Shown here: positions 17,762 to 27,482 of the stretch, piece after piece
How positions within the stretch are numbered: position 1 is the stretch's first letter
Layout of the letters: every line of letters starts with the position of its first letter
Assembly: GCA_963767005.1 (NCBI GenBank)
Contig: CAVYCN010000002.1
Coordinates: 576,001-640,000, forward strand
DNA length: 64,000 nt
Direction of reading: 5' to 3'
Source of the DNA: an uncultured Actinomycetes bacterium
GTDB lineage: Bacteria; Actinomycetota; Thermoleophilia; UBA2241
Translations under genes and position numbers: made by a program
Notes under the pieces: generated by a model
Seen by the model: the letters and a program-made list of their open reading frames with translations, nothing else
Told to the model about the DNA's origin: nothing
Databases searched by the model: none

Positions 17762-18280
17762 TCAAGCCGAGATCGTCTTCTCACCCGGGCGCCAGTCGAC
17801 CGGGCACAGCTCCCCGGTCTGCAGCGCCTGCAGCACCCGCAGCGTCTCATCGGTATTGCGCCCCACGTTGTTGTCGTGGACGACCATGTACCGCAGCAGC
17901 CCCTCGGGGTCGACGATGAAGGTGCCACGCAGGGTGTGTCCCTCGTCGGGTAGCAGCACGCCGTAGCTGCGCGCCACCTCGCGCGTGAGGTCGGACAGCA
18001 GGGGGAAGCCGAGCTCGCCGAGGTCGTGCTCACACCAGGCGAGGTGACTGTACTTGCTGTCGACGCTCGCCCCGAAGACCTTGGCTCCCAGGGCCTCGAA
18101 CTCGCCGCAACGCTGCGCGAAGCCGCGGATCTCCGTCGGGCACACGAACGTGAAGTCGAGCGGATAGAAGAACAGCACGACCCAGTTGCCGCGCTGGTGG
18201 GCGAGCGTCACGGTGACGAAGTCGCCGTCGAGCACGCCGTCGAGGGTGAAGTCGGGGGCTGGCTGGCCTACCTGGATCAC
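17762..18280 (-). CDS. ahpC: 2-Cys peroxiredoxin (AhpC/Prx1 family)
   Basis: FFYPLDFTFVCPTE, GRNTDE, LCPVDW; AGGAG SD before GTG 18280. Confidence 0.9.
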   Translation of the reverse strand: MIQVGQPAPDFTLDGVLDGDFVTVTLAHQRGNWVVLFFYPLDFTFVCPTEIRGFAQRCGEFEALGAKVFGASVDSKYSHLAWCEHDLGELGFPLLSDLTREVARSYGVLLPDEGHTLRGTFIVDPEGLLRYMVVHDNNVGRNTDETLRVLQALQTGELCPVDWRPGEKTISA

Positions 18281-18404
18281 GAGCGCTCCTTCGTCGTCCC
18301 GGCCGCCGCGACGCAGGGGTTCGGCGGATCGGCGAAGACAGATACCCCGTGCCGTGCCCTTCCAAGCCGGGCCGGCGGGTCGGCGGGCAGCCCGCCGGCC
18401 GGCC

Positions 18405-18752
18405 CTAGGCGGCGCGCGGCGCCGCGCGGCAGTCCGTGACCGCGCAGCGCTCGTCGGTGTACCGGCGGTAGCGCTCGAGGTCGTCGCGCAGGCGCTCGCG
18501 CACCCGCCGCGCCTCGTCGGGCGCGCCGGTCGGCTCGTAGGCCAGCTCGACGGTGACCGCGACCTGGCCATCGGCCTCCCGCGCGAACGTCACCGTGCCG
18601 CGCTCCACCGGGCTCTCGTCGACCCACCAGCGCGAGTCGGCGACGCTGCGCGGCCGGCCCGCGCTCCTCGACGCGAACACGTATTCGTCCCACGCGCGAC
18701 CCGCAAAACGCGCCGGTACGTCGGTGCGGATCGACTCGCTGATCGTCTCCAT
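18405..18752 (-). CDS. Small hypothetical protein, possibly SRPBCC/cyclase-like
   Basis: AGGAGT SD; METISESIRTDVP...GTVTF...VTVELAYEP...DDLERYR. Confidence 0.6.
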   Translation of the reverse strand: METISESIRTDVPARFAGRAWDEYVFASRSAGRPRSVADSRWWVDESPVERGTVTFAREADGQVAVTVELAYEPTGAPDEARRVRERLRDDLERYRRYTDERCAVTDCRAAPRAA

Positions 18753-18888
18753 CGCCACTCCTTCTCGCATGCGAATCCGCTGCCACTGTCCCTGTCCGAG
18801 CCGACCTCCAAACCAGCGCGAGGGCCACCCGGCACCCGCCGGCGCAATCGCCGGTTAGTGTCGGGCCGCGCGCCGGTACTTTCACCTC

Positions 18889-19716
18889 ATGGCAAGCGAG
18901 CCGACCGGTCTCACCGCGACGAGCGACATGCTCGACGAGGCCCGTGCCCTCATCGACGAGGCGCGGGCGGGCGGCGTGACGCTGCGCCTCGTCGGCGGCC
19001 TGGCCGTGCGCGCCCACTGCGCCGCGCCGGTGCTGTGCGAGCGGCCCTGCCGCGACATCGACCTCGTCGCGCCGCGCCGCGCGGGGCGCGCGGTCGGCGC
19101 GCTGCTCGACGGCCTCGGCTGGACCGAGAACCGCCAAGTGGCGATGGCGGCGGCGGGCCGCAAGCGCCAGTTCTTCCGCGGCTGCCGCCACGCCACCTCC
19201 GCCGGCAACGCCCATGTCGACGACCGCGTCGACCTGTACCTCGACGCCTTTCGGCTGCACCACACGATCGACCTGCGCGAGCGCCTCGACCTCGATCCCT
19301 ACACCGTGTCGCTGTCCGACGTGCTGCTCGTCAAGCTGCAGCGCACCCAGGCCGAGCCCGACGACGTGCGCGACATGCTCGGTGTGCTCGAGAGCGCCGG
19401 CGCGCTGGGTGAAGACGACGGCCCCGGGATCCTCAACCTCGACTACCTGACCCGGCTCTGCGCGGCCGATTGGGGCCTCTGCCACGACGTGGAGCGCAAC
19501 CTCGCGCGCTGCCGCGACGCCCTCGCCACGCCCGCGCGGCGAGACCCTGGCGTCCAGCGTGCGCCGGCCCGTCTCGACGCCATCGCAGCGGCCCTGGCGG
19601 GAGCGCCGCGGAGCTGGCGCTGGCGGCTGCGCGCCGCCCTGGGCGAACGGCTCGCCTGGCACGAGCCGGTCGACGACGTCGAGGGCGTGACCTTCGCCCC
19701 GGGCGAGCGGCCCTGA
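18889..19716 (+). CDS. Putative Pol-beta-superfamily nucleotidyltransferase of unknown function
   Basis: LRLVGGLAV...RDIDLV motif, VDLYLD, LLVKLQ...DVRD, DWGL; paralogous to the C-terminal domain of 38221-40275. Confidence 0.7.
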   Translation: MASEPTGLTATSDMLDEARALIDEARAGGVTLRLVGGLAVRAHCAAPVLCERPCRDIDLVAPRRAGRAVGALLDGLGWTENRQVAMAAAGRKRQFFRGCRHATSAGNAHVDDRVDLYLDAFRLHHTIDLRERLDLDPYTVSLSDVLLVKLQRTQAEPDDVRDMLGVLESAGALGEDDGPGILNLDYLTRLCAADWGLCHDVERNLARCRDALATPARRDPGVQRAPARLDAIAAALAGAPRSWRWRLRAALGERLAWHEPVDDVEGVTFAPGERP

Positions 19717-19858
19717 CGATCGCTCGACCGCGCGCGTCGGCTCTGGTCCCGGAACCGACGCCGCCTTCGCCCTTGTTGCGACGCGGCCACGCTGCGACGA
19801 TACTGTGGCAACGTCTTCGGCCCGTCCGCCGTCGCACGAGTGATCGGGGGGATCGCCG

Positions 19859-22800
19859 GTGTCGACCGTGCGCACGCCACGCCGCACCACGCCGCGCCGA
19901 GGCGTCCGGCCCCCGGGCACGCCGGGCGGGCGCCCCGCGCTGCGGCACGCCGCGCGCCAGCCCCAGCGGCTCATGCGCAGCGTCCTCGGCCCGGTCGACA
20001 TCGCCGCCTCGACCATGGCCAACATCGCCCCGGCCATGAGCTTCTACTTCGGCTTCGGCTTCCTCGCGCTCACGGCCGGCATCGCCTCGCCGCTCACGAT
20101 CGTCGCCGCCGGCGTCGCCATCGCCTTCCTGGCCAACACGCTGGCGCAGTTCTCGCGGGCCCATCCGTCGACCGGCTCGTTCATCACCTTCATCGGCAAG
20201 GCGTTCGGCCCGACGAGCGCGATCGCGACCGCCGTCATCCTCATCACCGGCTACGTGATCGCCATCATCTCGGTGCTCGTCATGTCGGGCGGTTTCACGG
20301 CCATCTTCCTGCACCGTTACGTGCCCGGCGTACCGGCCTCGTCGTGGCCCTGGTTCATGGTCGTCTTCGTGAGCGCGGCCGCCTACCTCATGGTGCGCGG
20401 CGTGCACATCTCGACTCGCTGGGCCGGGATCTTCTTCGCTTTCGAGATCGCGGTACTCGTCGTGGTCACGTTCAGCGCCCTGATCCACCACGCCGACCAC
20501 CTGACGCTCCATCCGTTCGACCCGCGCTACCTGTCGAACGGCTTCAAGGGCCTGGGCCTCGGGTTCCCGCTGGCCGTGTACCTGTTCATCGGCTGGGAGA
20601 ACTCGGCCGCCCTCGCCGAGGAGACCGAGAACCCGCGCCGCAACGTGCCCCGCGCCCTCTTCGCCAGCGTCGGCCTGATGATGCTGAGCTACGTCCTGTT
20701 CGCCTACGCCACCGTCGAGGGCTTCGGCGAGAACGTCGCCGCCCTGACCGCCGCGCCGATCCCCTTCATCACGCTGGCCGACAGCGTGCTCGGCGTGCTC
20801 GCCTTCCTCGCCTACCTCGCCGGCGTGACGTCGACCCTCGCCTGTCTGATCGCCGCGGTGAACTCGCAGTCGCGCCTGCTGTTCCACGCCGGCCGCGAGG
20901 GTCTGCTGCCGTCGTGGGTCGGCCGCGTGTACGCGCGCCGGCGCACGCCGGTGAACGCCCTCATGACCTTCACCGGTATCGGCCTCGTGCTCGTCTTCGC
21001 CTGGTCGTTCGGGCAGCACATCGACCCGGTGACGCTGTTCGCCGAGGCCTCGACGCTCGGCACCATCCTCGTGGTCGTCGTCTATCTCGTCGCCAACCTG
21101 GCACTGCCGGTCTTCTACCGCAAGCACCACCCCGACCAGTGGTCGCCCCTGCCCCACCTCGTCATCCCGCTCGTCGGCGCCGGCCTCATCGCCCTGCCGA
21201 TCTACGAACTCGTCAAGCCGGGGCAGGCCTCACCCTACGACCTGTTCCCGTACGTGGCGCTCGCGGTGATCGTGGTCGCCGTGGCCTACGCGGTGGCGCT
21301 GAACGCGCGCGACAAGACCTTGGCCGACCGCGTCGGCTCGCTCGTCGCCGACGACGCCGCCGACGGCAAGTTCGCCGGCTTCCTCGACGATGACGAGGAG
21401 CAGGTCCGCCACCTGCATCGCATCGCCCGCTGCCTGAACGAGGACCGCGACACCAAGCCGGCCCTGCAGAACGCCTTGCGCGTCGTCGCCGAGACGCTGG
21501 GCGCCGCCTCGGCGGCCGTGTTCGTCGTGCGTCCGGGCGACGTCGCCGAAGCCCTCACCGTCTGCGGCGACGCGCGCCGCAGCTTCCCCTACGCGCCGCT
21601 CGATCTCCGCCATCCGCTGCTCGCCCGGCTCGTGCGGCGTCCGGGCCTGCTCGAGGTCGTCGACGTCGACGGCCTGCCAGCGCCCCTGCTCGCCGTCGTC
21701 GCTCCCGACGCCGCCCGGGTCACCCTCGCGCCCCTGCCGGCCGGCCCCGGGGTCGCCGCACTCCTGCTGCTCAGCCGGCGGTCCGACGCTCCGCTCAGCG
21801 CGCGCAAGGCGGCCTTCGTCGCCGTCGTCTGCGAGACCCTGGGACCGGCCATCACGAGCCGCGCGCTGGCCGAAGAGTCGCATCACACGGCGGCCGTGCT
21901 CGAGACCGCCTACGCGGTCTCGCGGGCGATCACCCAGAGCCTCGACCTCGAGCACACCTACCGCGAGATCGCACGAAGCGCGGCGCGCGTCGCACGCGGC
22001 TCCCACTGCCTGTTGTTCGAACTCGAGCGCGGCACGGGCGACCATCTCGCCGTCGCCTGCTCCGATCCGGAGAGCGAGGACCTGCTGGGCACGCGCGTGC
22101 GGCTGCTCGAGAGCGCCGACCGGCCGCGCCAGCGAGCCGGCGGTGGTTTTGTCGTCCGGCCGGCGGCCACCCGCGGCGGCGGCCAGACCAGCAAGTTCTC
22201 GCTGGGCGGCCACCTCGGCGCCCGCCTGGCCGGCATGTTCAACGCCGACTCCTCGGTGCTCGTGCCCCTGTTCGCGCAGCAGGTGCCCGTCGGCTCGCTG
22301 CTCGTGTACGCGGCCGGCCGGCGGCGCCGCTTCTCGCCGCTCGAGGTGGCCGAGCTCGGCAGCGTGGGCGAGCAGGCCGCGATCGCCATCCACAACGCCC
22401 AGCTCTACCGCGACCTCACCGATAGCCGGGCGAGCGTCGAAGCGCTGCTCGGGCGTCTCACGCGGATCCGCGACCAGGAGCGCCAGGGCCTCGCCCGCGT
22501 GGTCCACGACGACATCGTGCAGTCCATCGTGGGCGCGGTCTACCGCCTCGACCTTCTGCGCGACGGCGTGGCCGGCGATCGGGTGGCCGAGTTCGACGAG
22601 GCGGTCGCCGGTCTGCGCCAGAGCATCGACGACGCCCGCCGGGTGATCTGGGAGCTGCGCCCGCCGGCGATCGAGGGCCTCGGCCTGCCGGCGGCGCTGC
22701 GCTCGCTGGCGGAGCGCAGCCACGACGGCGGCGCCCGCGTCGCGGTGTCGATCGAGGACGTCGTCGGCCTCTCCGACGCGGTCACGACCGGCCTCTACAA

Positions 22801-23095
22801 GATCGCCCGCGAGGCCCTCACCAACGCCCTGCACCACGCCGGCGCGCGCCGCATCGGCATCTCGCTCGCCGGCGCGCCCGCGGGCGAGCACGGCGGCGCG
22901 CACCTCGTCGTCGAGGACGACGGTGTAGGCTTCGTGGCCGACGCGAGCCGCGACGGCGGCCACTACGGGACGGTGATGATGGAGGAGCAGGCGACGCTCA
23001 TCGGTGCGACCCTGTCGATCGAATCACAGCCCGGTCGCGGCACGCGCGTCCGGGTCGTCGTGCCGGCGCCCCGCGCCGCGGCGGCGGCGAGATGA
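19859..23095 (+). CDS. APC-family permease fused to GAF domains and a NarX-type (HisKA_3) histidine kinase
   Basis: APC motifs (IAPAMS, PSTGS, GWENSAALAEETENPRRNVP) to ~21355; GAF ending EQAAIAIHNAQLY; H box VVHDDIVQ; EALTNA, DDGVGF, PGRGT; no internal stop; start uncertain. Confidence 0.9.
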   Translation: MSTVRTPRRTTPRRGVRPPGTPGGRPALRHAARQPQRLMRSVLGPVDIAASTMANIAPAMSFYFGFGFLALTAGIASPLTIVAAGVAIAFLANTLAQFSRAHPSTGSFITFIGKAFGPTSAIATAVILITGYVIAIISVLVMSGGFTAIFLHRYVPGVPASSWPWFMVVFVSAAAYLMVRGVHISTRWAGIFFAFEIAVLVVVTFSALIHHADHLTLHPFDPRYLSNGFKGLGLGFPLAVYLFIGWENSAALAEETENPRRNVPRALFASVGLMMLSYVLFAYATVEGFGENVAALTAAPIPFITLADSVLGVLAFLAYLAGVTSTLACLIAAVNSQSRLLFHAGREGLLPSWVGRVYARRRTPVNALMTFTGIGLVLVFAWSFGQHIDPVTLFAEASTLGTILVVVVYLVANLALPVFYRKHHPDQWSPLPHLVIPLVGAGLIALPIYELVKPGQASPYDLFPYVALAVIVVAVAYAVALNARDKTLADRVGSLVADDAADGKFAGFLDDDEEQVRHLHRIARCLNEDRDTKPALQNALRVVAETLGAASAAVFVVRPGDVAEALTVCGDARRSFPYAPLDLRHPLLARLVRRPGLLEVVDVDGLPAPLLAVVAPDAARVTLAPLPAGPGVAALLLLSRRSDAPLSARKAAFVAVVCETLGPAITSRALAEESHHTAAVLETAYAVSRAITQSLDLEHTYREIARSAARVARGSHCLLFELERGTGDHLAVACSDPESEDLLGTRVRLLESADRPRQRAGGGFVVRPAATRGGGQTSKFSLGGHLGARLAGMFNADSSVLVPLFAQQVPVGSLLVYAAGRRRRFSPLEVAELGSVGEQAAIAIHNAQLYRDLTDSRASVEALLGRLTRIRDQERQGLARVVHDDIVQSIVGAVYRLDLLRDGVAGDRVAEFDEAVAGLRQSIDDARRVIWELRPPAIEGLGLPAALRSLAERSHDGGARVAVSIEDVVGLSDAVTTGLYKIAREALTNALHHAGARRIGISLAGAPAGEHGGAHLVVEDDGVGFVADASRDGGHYGTVMMEEQATLIGATLSIESQPGRGTRVRVVVPAPRAAAAAR

Positions 23096-23733
23096 CCGCG
23101 TCGGCCGACAGGACACGCGTCCTCATCGTCGACGACCACGCCGTCGTGCGCGAGGGTCTCGAGCGCATCATGGCCAAGTGCGCCGATCTCGAGGTGGTCG
23201 GCTCGGCCGCGAGCGGCGAGGAGGCGCTCGACCTGGCCGCCTCCCTCGAGCCCGACCTCGTGCTGCTCGATCTCTCGCTGCCGGGCATGCACGGCCTCGA
23301 CGTGCTGGGCGTCCTGCAGACGCTGCCGCGCCCGCCCCGGGTGATCGTGCTCACCGTGCACGACGACGACGACATCGTGCTCGGCGCCGTGCGTGGCGGC
23401 GCCCAGGGCTACGTCCTCAAGAACGCCACGCGCGACGAGCTCATCGCCGCCGTGCGCCACGTCGCGACCGGCGGCCAGTCTTTCGACGAGGTCGTCGTGC
23501 GCGCCCTGCTGCGCGGCGACCAGCGCGAGGTGCTGTGCAGCCTGCTCACCGCGCGCGAGCTCGACGTCCTGCGCCTCGTGGCCGGCGGCCAGACCAACAA
23601 GGAGATCGCCGCCGCCCTGTTCATCAGCGCCGACACCGTCAAGGGGCACCTCGAGACGATCTACCGCAAGCTCGGCGTGTCCGACCGGGCGCACGCCGTG
23701 GCGGTCGCCATCCGCAACGGCCTCGTTGCCTGA
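23092..23733 (+). CDS. NarL/LuxR-family response regulator
   Basis: VDDHAVVREG, LLDLSLP, GYVLK, LTARELDVL...TVKGHL; ATGA overlap with the kinase stop. Confidence 0.95.
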   Translation: MTASADRTRVLIVDDHAVVREGLERIMAKCADLEVVGSAASGEEALDLAASLEPDLVLLDLSLPGMHGLDVLGVLQTLPRPPRVIVLTVHDDDDIVLGAVRGGAQGYVLKNATRDELIAAVRHVATGGQSFDEVVVRALLRGDQREVLCSLLTARELDVLRLVAGGQTNKEIAAALFISADTVKGHLETIYRKLGVSDRAHAVAVAIRNGLVA

Positions 23734-23890
23734 CGGTCATCCCCCGAACGGCCCCCCGCCTCGCGGGCCGAACGCCGGCGCGATCCCACCCGATCGGCGC
23801 CGGCGGAGCGCCGTTTGTGGCGTTTCGGCGGCGGCCCGCGTCGCCTAGGCTCGGCGCGGCGGTATCCGTAGTCGATGATCGGGGGGATCT

Positions 23891-25495
23891 ATGGCTGAAG
23901 AGATCGCGTTTGCCCGCAAGGCGAGCGGCCTGGTGCGCGGACTGTCCTTCTGGGACGTGACCGGCATCGGCCTCGCGTTCATCACGCCCATCTACGCCAT
24001 CTGGTACATCATCGAGGTGGGCCTCGTCCTGTACCCGTCGGCCAACCTGCTGATCGCGATCCTTATCTCAGTGCTGACGATCGGCTGGGCGAGCCCCATC
24101 GTCTGGGGCGTCCTGGGCGGCAGCATGCCGCGCAGCGGCGGCGAGTACATCTACAACTCGCGCATCATCAACCCGGCCGTCGCGCTGGGCGCGAGCTTCA
24201 CCGCGATCGTCGCCCAGTTCTACTGGAACCTCTTCAACTCGAGCCTGATCGCGGTGCCCTCGCTGGCCATCCTCGGCCAGTACCTCGGCTGGACGGGGCT
24301 GTCGAACTTCGCCACGAGCAAGCACGGCGGCGTCATCCTCTCGTGTCTGGGTATCGGCATCGCCTTCCTCATCCTGGCCTTCGGCATGAAGACCTTCCGG
24401 CACCTGTCGAAGGTCGTGATCGTCATCATGCTGGGCGGCGTCGTGATCCTTGACCTCGCCCTGACCCTGGCCAGCAAGGCGAGCTTCATCAAGCACTGGG
24501 ACGCGCAGGCCGCCAAGTACCACTCGCTGCCCTACCACCAGTTCGTCGCCGCGGCCCACACGGCCGGCGCCGCCACGCCGACGACCTGGACCTGGGGCGA
24601 CACCTTCGGCGCCACGGCCGGCGTCTTCATGATCTTCATCTGGGCGTTCGGCATCGCCTACGTAGGCGGCGAGGTCAAGCGTCCCGACAAGACCGTCATG
24701 CGCGCCCAGTGGGCGGCCGTGGGCATGCCGGTGCTGCTCTGCATCTGGGCCGTGCTGGCGATCGGTCACATCATGCCGTACGACTTCCTGCGGGCCGCGG
24801 CCTTCCAGGACTTCTCGGCGGCCACCAAGGGCTACAACCTGCCCTACTCGACGAGCTTCATGTCGATCGCCTTCGTCGCCTCGGGCGCGAACTGGTTCAT
24901 CGGCCTCGTGGCCGGCGTCACCTTCGGAGTGACCGCGCTCTGGCTCGTCGTCGTCAACCTGCTGATGTGCCAGCGCGCGATGTTCGCCTGGGGCATGGAC
25001 CGCATGGGGCCGACCTGGTTCACGTCGATCAACACGCGCACCGCGTCGCCGATCGGCATGCTCGGCTTCGTGGCGGCCATCTCGGCGTTCCTGTCGGTAG
25101 CCTACTGGTACCTGTTCCCGAGCGTCCTGTCGGGTCTGTTCGCGTCGGGCATGCAGCTCGTGTCGGTGTTCGGCGTGACCGCTATCTCGGCGATCATCTT
25201 CGCCTACCGCAAGAAGGCGGCTCACATCTGGAACTCGTCGCCCTACCGCAACTGGAAGGTGGCCGGCATCCCGGTGCTGACGATCGCCGGAGTCGTCTAC
25301 CTCTGCTACATCGTCGCGCTGCTGTACTTCGCGTTCTTCGACGCAAAGACGAAGGACGTGACGGGCAAGAAGGTCTGGCTCATGGTCGTGGCCTGGGCCG
25401 CGGGCATCGCCTGGTACTACTTCTGGAAGTACCGCAGCGCCCAGAAGGGCGTCGACGTGGCGACCATGACCTACGGCGAGCTGCCGCCTGAGTGA
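23891..25495 (+). CDS. APC-family amino acid/amine permease (second subfamily)
   Basis: FARKASGLVR, MPRSGGEYIY, GGEVK, RAMFAWGMDR; about 12 TM segments. Confidence 0.88.
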   Translation: MAEEIAFARKASGLVRGLSFWDVTGIGLAFITPIYAIWYIIEVGLVLYPSANLLIAILISVLTIGWASPIVWGVLGGSMPRSGGEYIYNSRIINPAVALGASFTAIVAQFYWNLFNSSLIAVPSLAILGQYLGWTGLSNFATSKHGGVILSCLGIGIAFLILAFGMKTFRHLSKVVIVIMLGGVVILDLALTLASKASFIKHWDAQAAKYHSLPYHQFVAAAHTAGAATPTTWTWGDTFGATAGVFMIFIWAFGIAYVGGEVKRPDKTVMRAQWAAVGMPVLLCIWAVLAIGHIMPYDFLRAAAFQDFSAATKGYNLPYSTSFMSIAFVASGANWFIGLVAGVTFGVTALWLVVVNLLMCQRAMFAWGMDRMGPTWFTSINTRTASPIGMLGFVAAISAFLSVAYWYLFPSVLSGLFASGMQLVSVFGVTAISAIIFAYRKKAAHIWNSSPYRNWKVAGIPVLTIAGVVYLCYIVALLYFAFFDAKTKDVTGKKVWLMVVAWAAGIAWYYFWKYRSAQKGVDVATMTYGELPPE

Positions 25496-25526
25496 TCGGA
25501 CGGCGTCACGCCGCCTGCAGCGAACC

Positions 25527-25570
25527 GGGGCGGCGGGGGCGGGCTGGCGCCCGCCCCCGCCGCCCCTTTA
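25527..25570 (+). terminator. Intrinsic terminator
   Basis: 18-bp perfect stem GGGGCGGCGGGGGCGGGC, TGGC loop, followed by TTTA. Confidence 0.8.
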
Positions 25571-25618
25571 GATGGTACGGTTCAGCGAATCAGCACGGGA
25601 CGACGAGTGGAGGCGGCC

Positions 25619-26110
25619 ATGACGCAGGACGCGCAGATGCGCAGGAGCGACAAGGAGATCACCGACCGTGACGTGCTCGAGCGCCTGCTCGACGACGCCC
25701 AGGTGCTGCACCTCGGGCTGGTCGATGAGGGCCGCCCCTACGTCGTGCCGCTCAACTTCGGCCGCGAGGGCGACGTCCTCTACGTGCACTGCGCCGCCGA
25801 GGGCCGCAAGCTCCGCTGCCTGACCGCGCAGCCGGCCGTCTGTGTCGAGGTCGAGCGCCTCGACCGCGTCACCAAGGGCAGTTCGGCCTGCGGTGAGTGG
25901 ACCAGCCACTACGAGTCGGCGATCGGCTTCGGCACGGCCCGCGTGCTCGCCGACGAGGCCGACCGTGAGCGCGGCCTGCAGGCGATCATGGCCAAGTACT
26001 CGGGGCGGCGCGACTGGACCTTCAAGCCCGAGACGCTGGCCAAGACGATCGTCGTACGCATCGACCTCGAGCGGCTCACCGGCAAGCGCTCGCCGGCGCA
26101 GTCCGCTTAG
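25619..26110 (+). CDS. Pyridoxamine 5'-phosphate oxidase-like (NimA-type) flavin-binding protein
   Basis: MRRSDKEI, PYVVPLNF, LYVHCAAEGRK, YESAIGFG, TGK. Confidence 0.88.
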   Translation: MTQDAQMRRSDKEITDRDVLERLLDDAQVLHLGLVDEGRPYVVPLNFGREGDVLYVHCAAEGRKLRCLTAQPAVCVEVERLDRVTKGSSACGEWTSHYESAIGFGTARVLADEADRERGLQAIMAKYSGRRDWTFKPETLAKTIVVRIDLERLTGKRSPAQSA

Positions 26111-26130
26111 GCCGAGCCCGGCGCCCTCGT

Positions 26131-27426
26131 TTAGACTCGCTCGGCGCGCTCCGGCGCGGCCGCTCCGCCGAGGAGCTCCAGCTCCATGCCCTGCGCCGCG
26201 AGCTCGTCCTGGATGCGACCGGCCGCGAGGTCGCGTGGCGCGCACCCGTCGCGCACCGCGAGCGCCGCGGCGACGCCGGCCGCCTGCCCGGTGGCGAAGC
26301 ACACCGGGATCAGGCGGAGCTGCACCATGGCGTCGGGAGCCGCCGACAGGCAGCGACCGGCGAACAGCAGTCCGTCGACCGACTCGGGCACCAGTGAGCG
26401 GTACGGGATGCGCATGGAGCGCCCGGCGTAGGGCTTGGCCACCGTGTCGGGGAACACGGTCGCGAAGACCTCCTTGAGGCCCGGTGTGGCGAGGCCGGTG
26501 ATGCGCCGCGTGCCGCGCACGCCGACCTGCGCCGCCGTGCACTCCAGGCGGGCGCGCTCGAAGCCCGCCAGGCGCGTGCGCAGAAACGCGACCAGCCGCA
26601 TGGTGTGCTGGCGGGTCACGATCTCGGCCCTCGTCAGGTCGTCGGGGTCGATGCCGTTCACGCCGAACAGGCTGCCCGACCACAGGTTGATCTGACCCGG
26701 GTAACAGAGCTCGGCGGCGAAGACGCCCGGCGCGAACGCGCGCGAGTGGACCTCGAGGTCGAACTCGAGCTCGCCGGCGGCCACGGCCGCTTCGACCAGA
26801 CCGCGCAGGTTACCCCAGCTGCCGAGCTGCCCGAGGGCGCGAGCGGTGTCGATGCCGACGACCGTCGACATGAGGGTCACCGGCAGTGGCCGCGAGTCGA
26901 GCTCGTAGGCGGCGCCGGCGGCGGCCGCGAGGTCGCCGTCGCCGGTCGTGTCGATCACGAGGCGGGCGCGGATCGCCGCCCGCCCCGCCTTGGTCTCGAT
27001 GATGACGCCGCTCACGCGACCGTCGTCGGTGAGGCTACCGACCACGCCGGTGTGCAGCAGGAGCCGGGCACCGGAGTCGAGCAGCAGGGTGAGCAGCTCG
27101 AACTTGAGGATCTCGGGGTCGACCGCGATCAGGCCGTCGACCGCGGGGTCGTCGCCCAGGTTGGCGCACTCCTGGTAGGTGCGCGCCTCCTCGAGCCGCC
27201 CACGTACCTCGCCGTTGATGCCGTTGTCGAGCGGCGGCACGGTGATCACGAGGCCGCCGGTGGCGAGGCCGCCGAGATAGCCGTACCGCTCCAGCAGGAT
27301 GACGCGCGCGCCCAGGCGAGCGGCGCAGACGGCCGCCGCCACCCCCGCGACGCCGCCGCCGCAGACCACGACGTCGGTCTCGTCGTACACCGGGATCGAA
27401 CGTCTCTCCTCGATCACCACATCCAT
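26131..27426 (-). CDS. FAD-dependent oxidoreductase
   Basis: VVVCGGGVAG, GGLATGG, IDTTGDGDLA, IPYRSLVP, AGRCLS, TGQAAG. Confidence 0.9.
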   Translation of the reverse strand: MDVVIEERRSIPVYDETDVVVCGGGVAGVAAAVCAARLGARVILLERYGYLGGLATGGLVITVPPLDNGINGEVRGRLEEARTYQECANLGDDPAVDGLIAVDPEILKFELLTLLLDSGARLLLHTGVVGSLTDDGRVSGVIIETKAGRAAIRARLVIDTTGDGDLAAAAGAAYELDSRPLPVTLMSTVVGIDTARALGQLGSWGNLRGLVEAAVAAGELEFDLEVHSRAFAPGVFAAELCYPGQINLWSGSLFGVNGIDPDDLTRAEIVTRQHTMRLVAFLRTRLAGFERARLECTAAQVGVRGTRRITGLATPGLKEVFATVFPDTVAKPYAGRSMRIPYRSLVPESVDGLLFAGRCLSAAPDAMVQLRLIPVCFATGQAAGVAAALAVRDGCAPRDLAAGRIQDELAAQGMELELLGGAAAPERAERV

Positions 27427-27482
27427 GATCTACTCGGCCCCCTTGCACCGCGGCTCGCGCACCACGCTCGAGGTCCGCCGCG

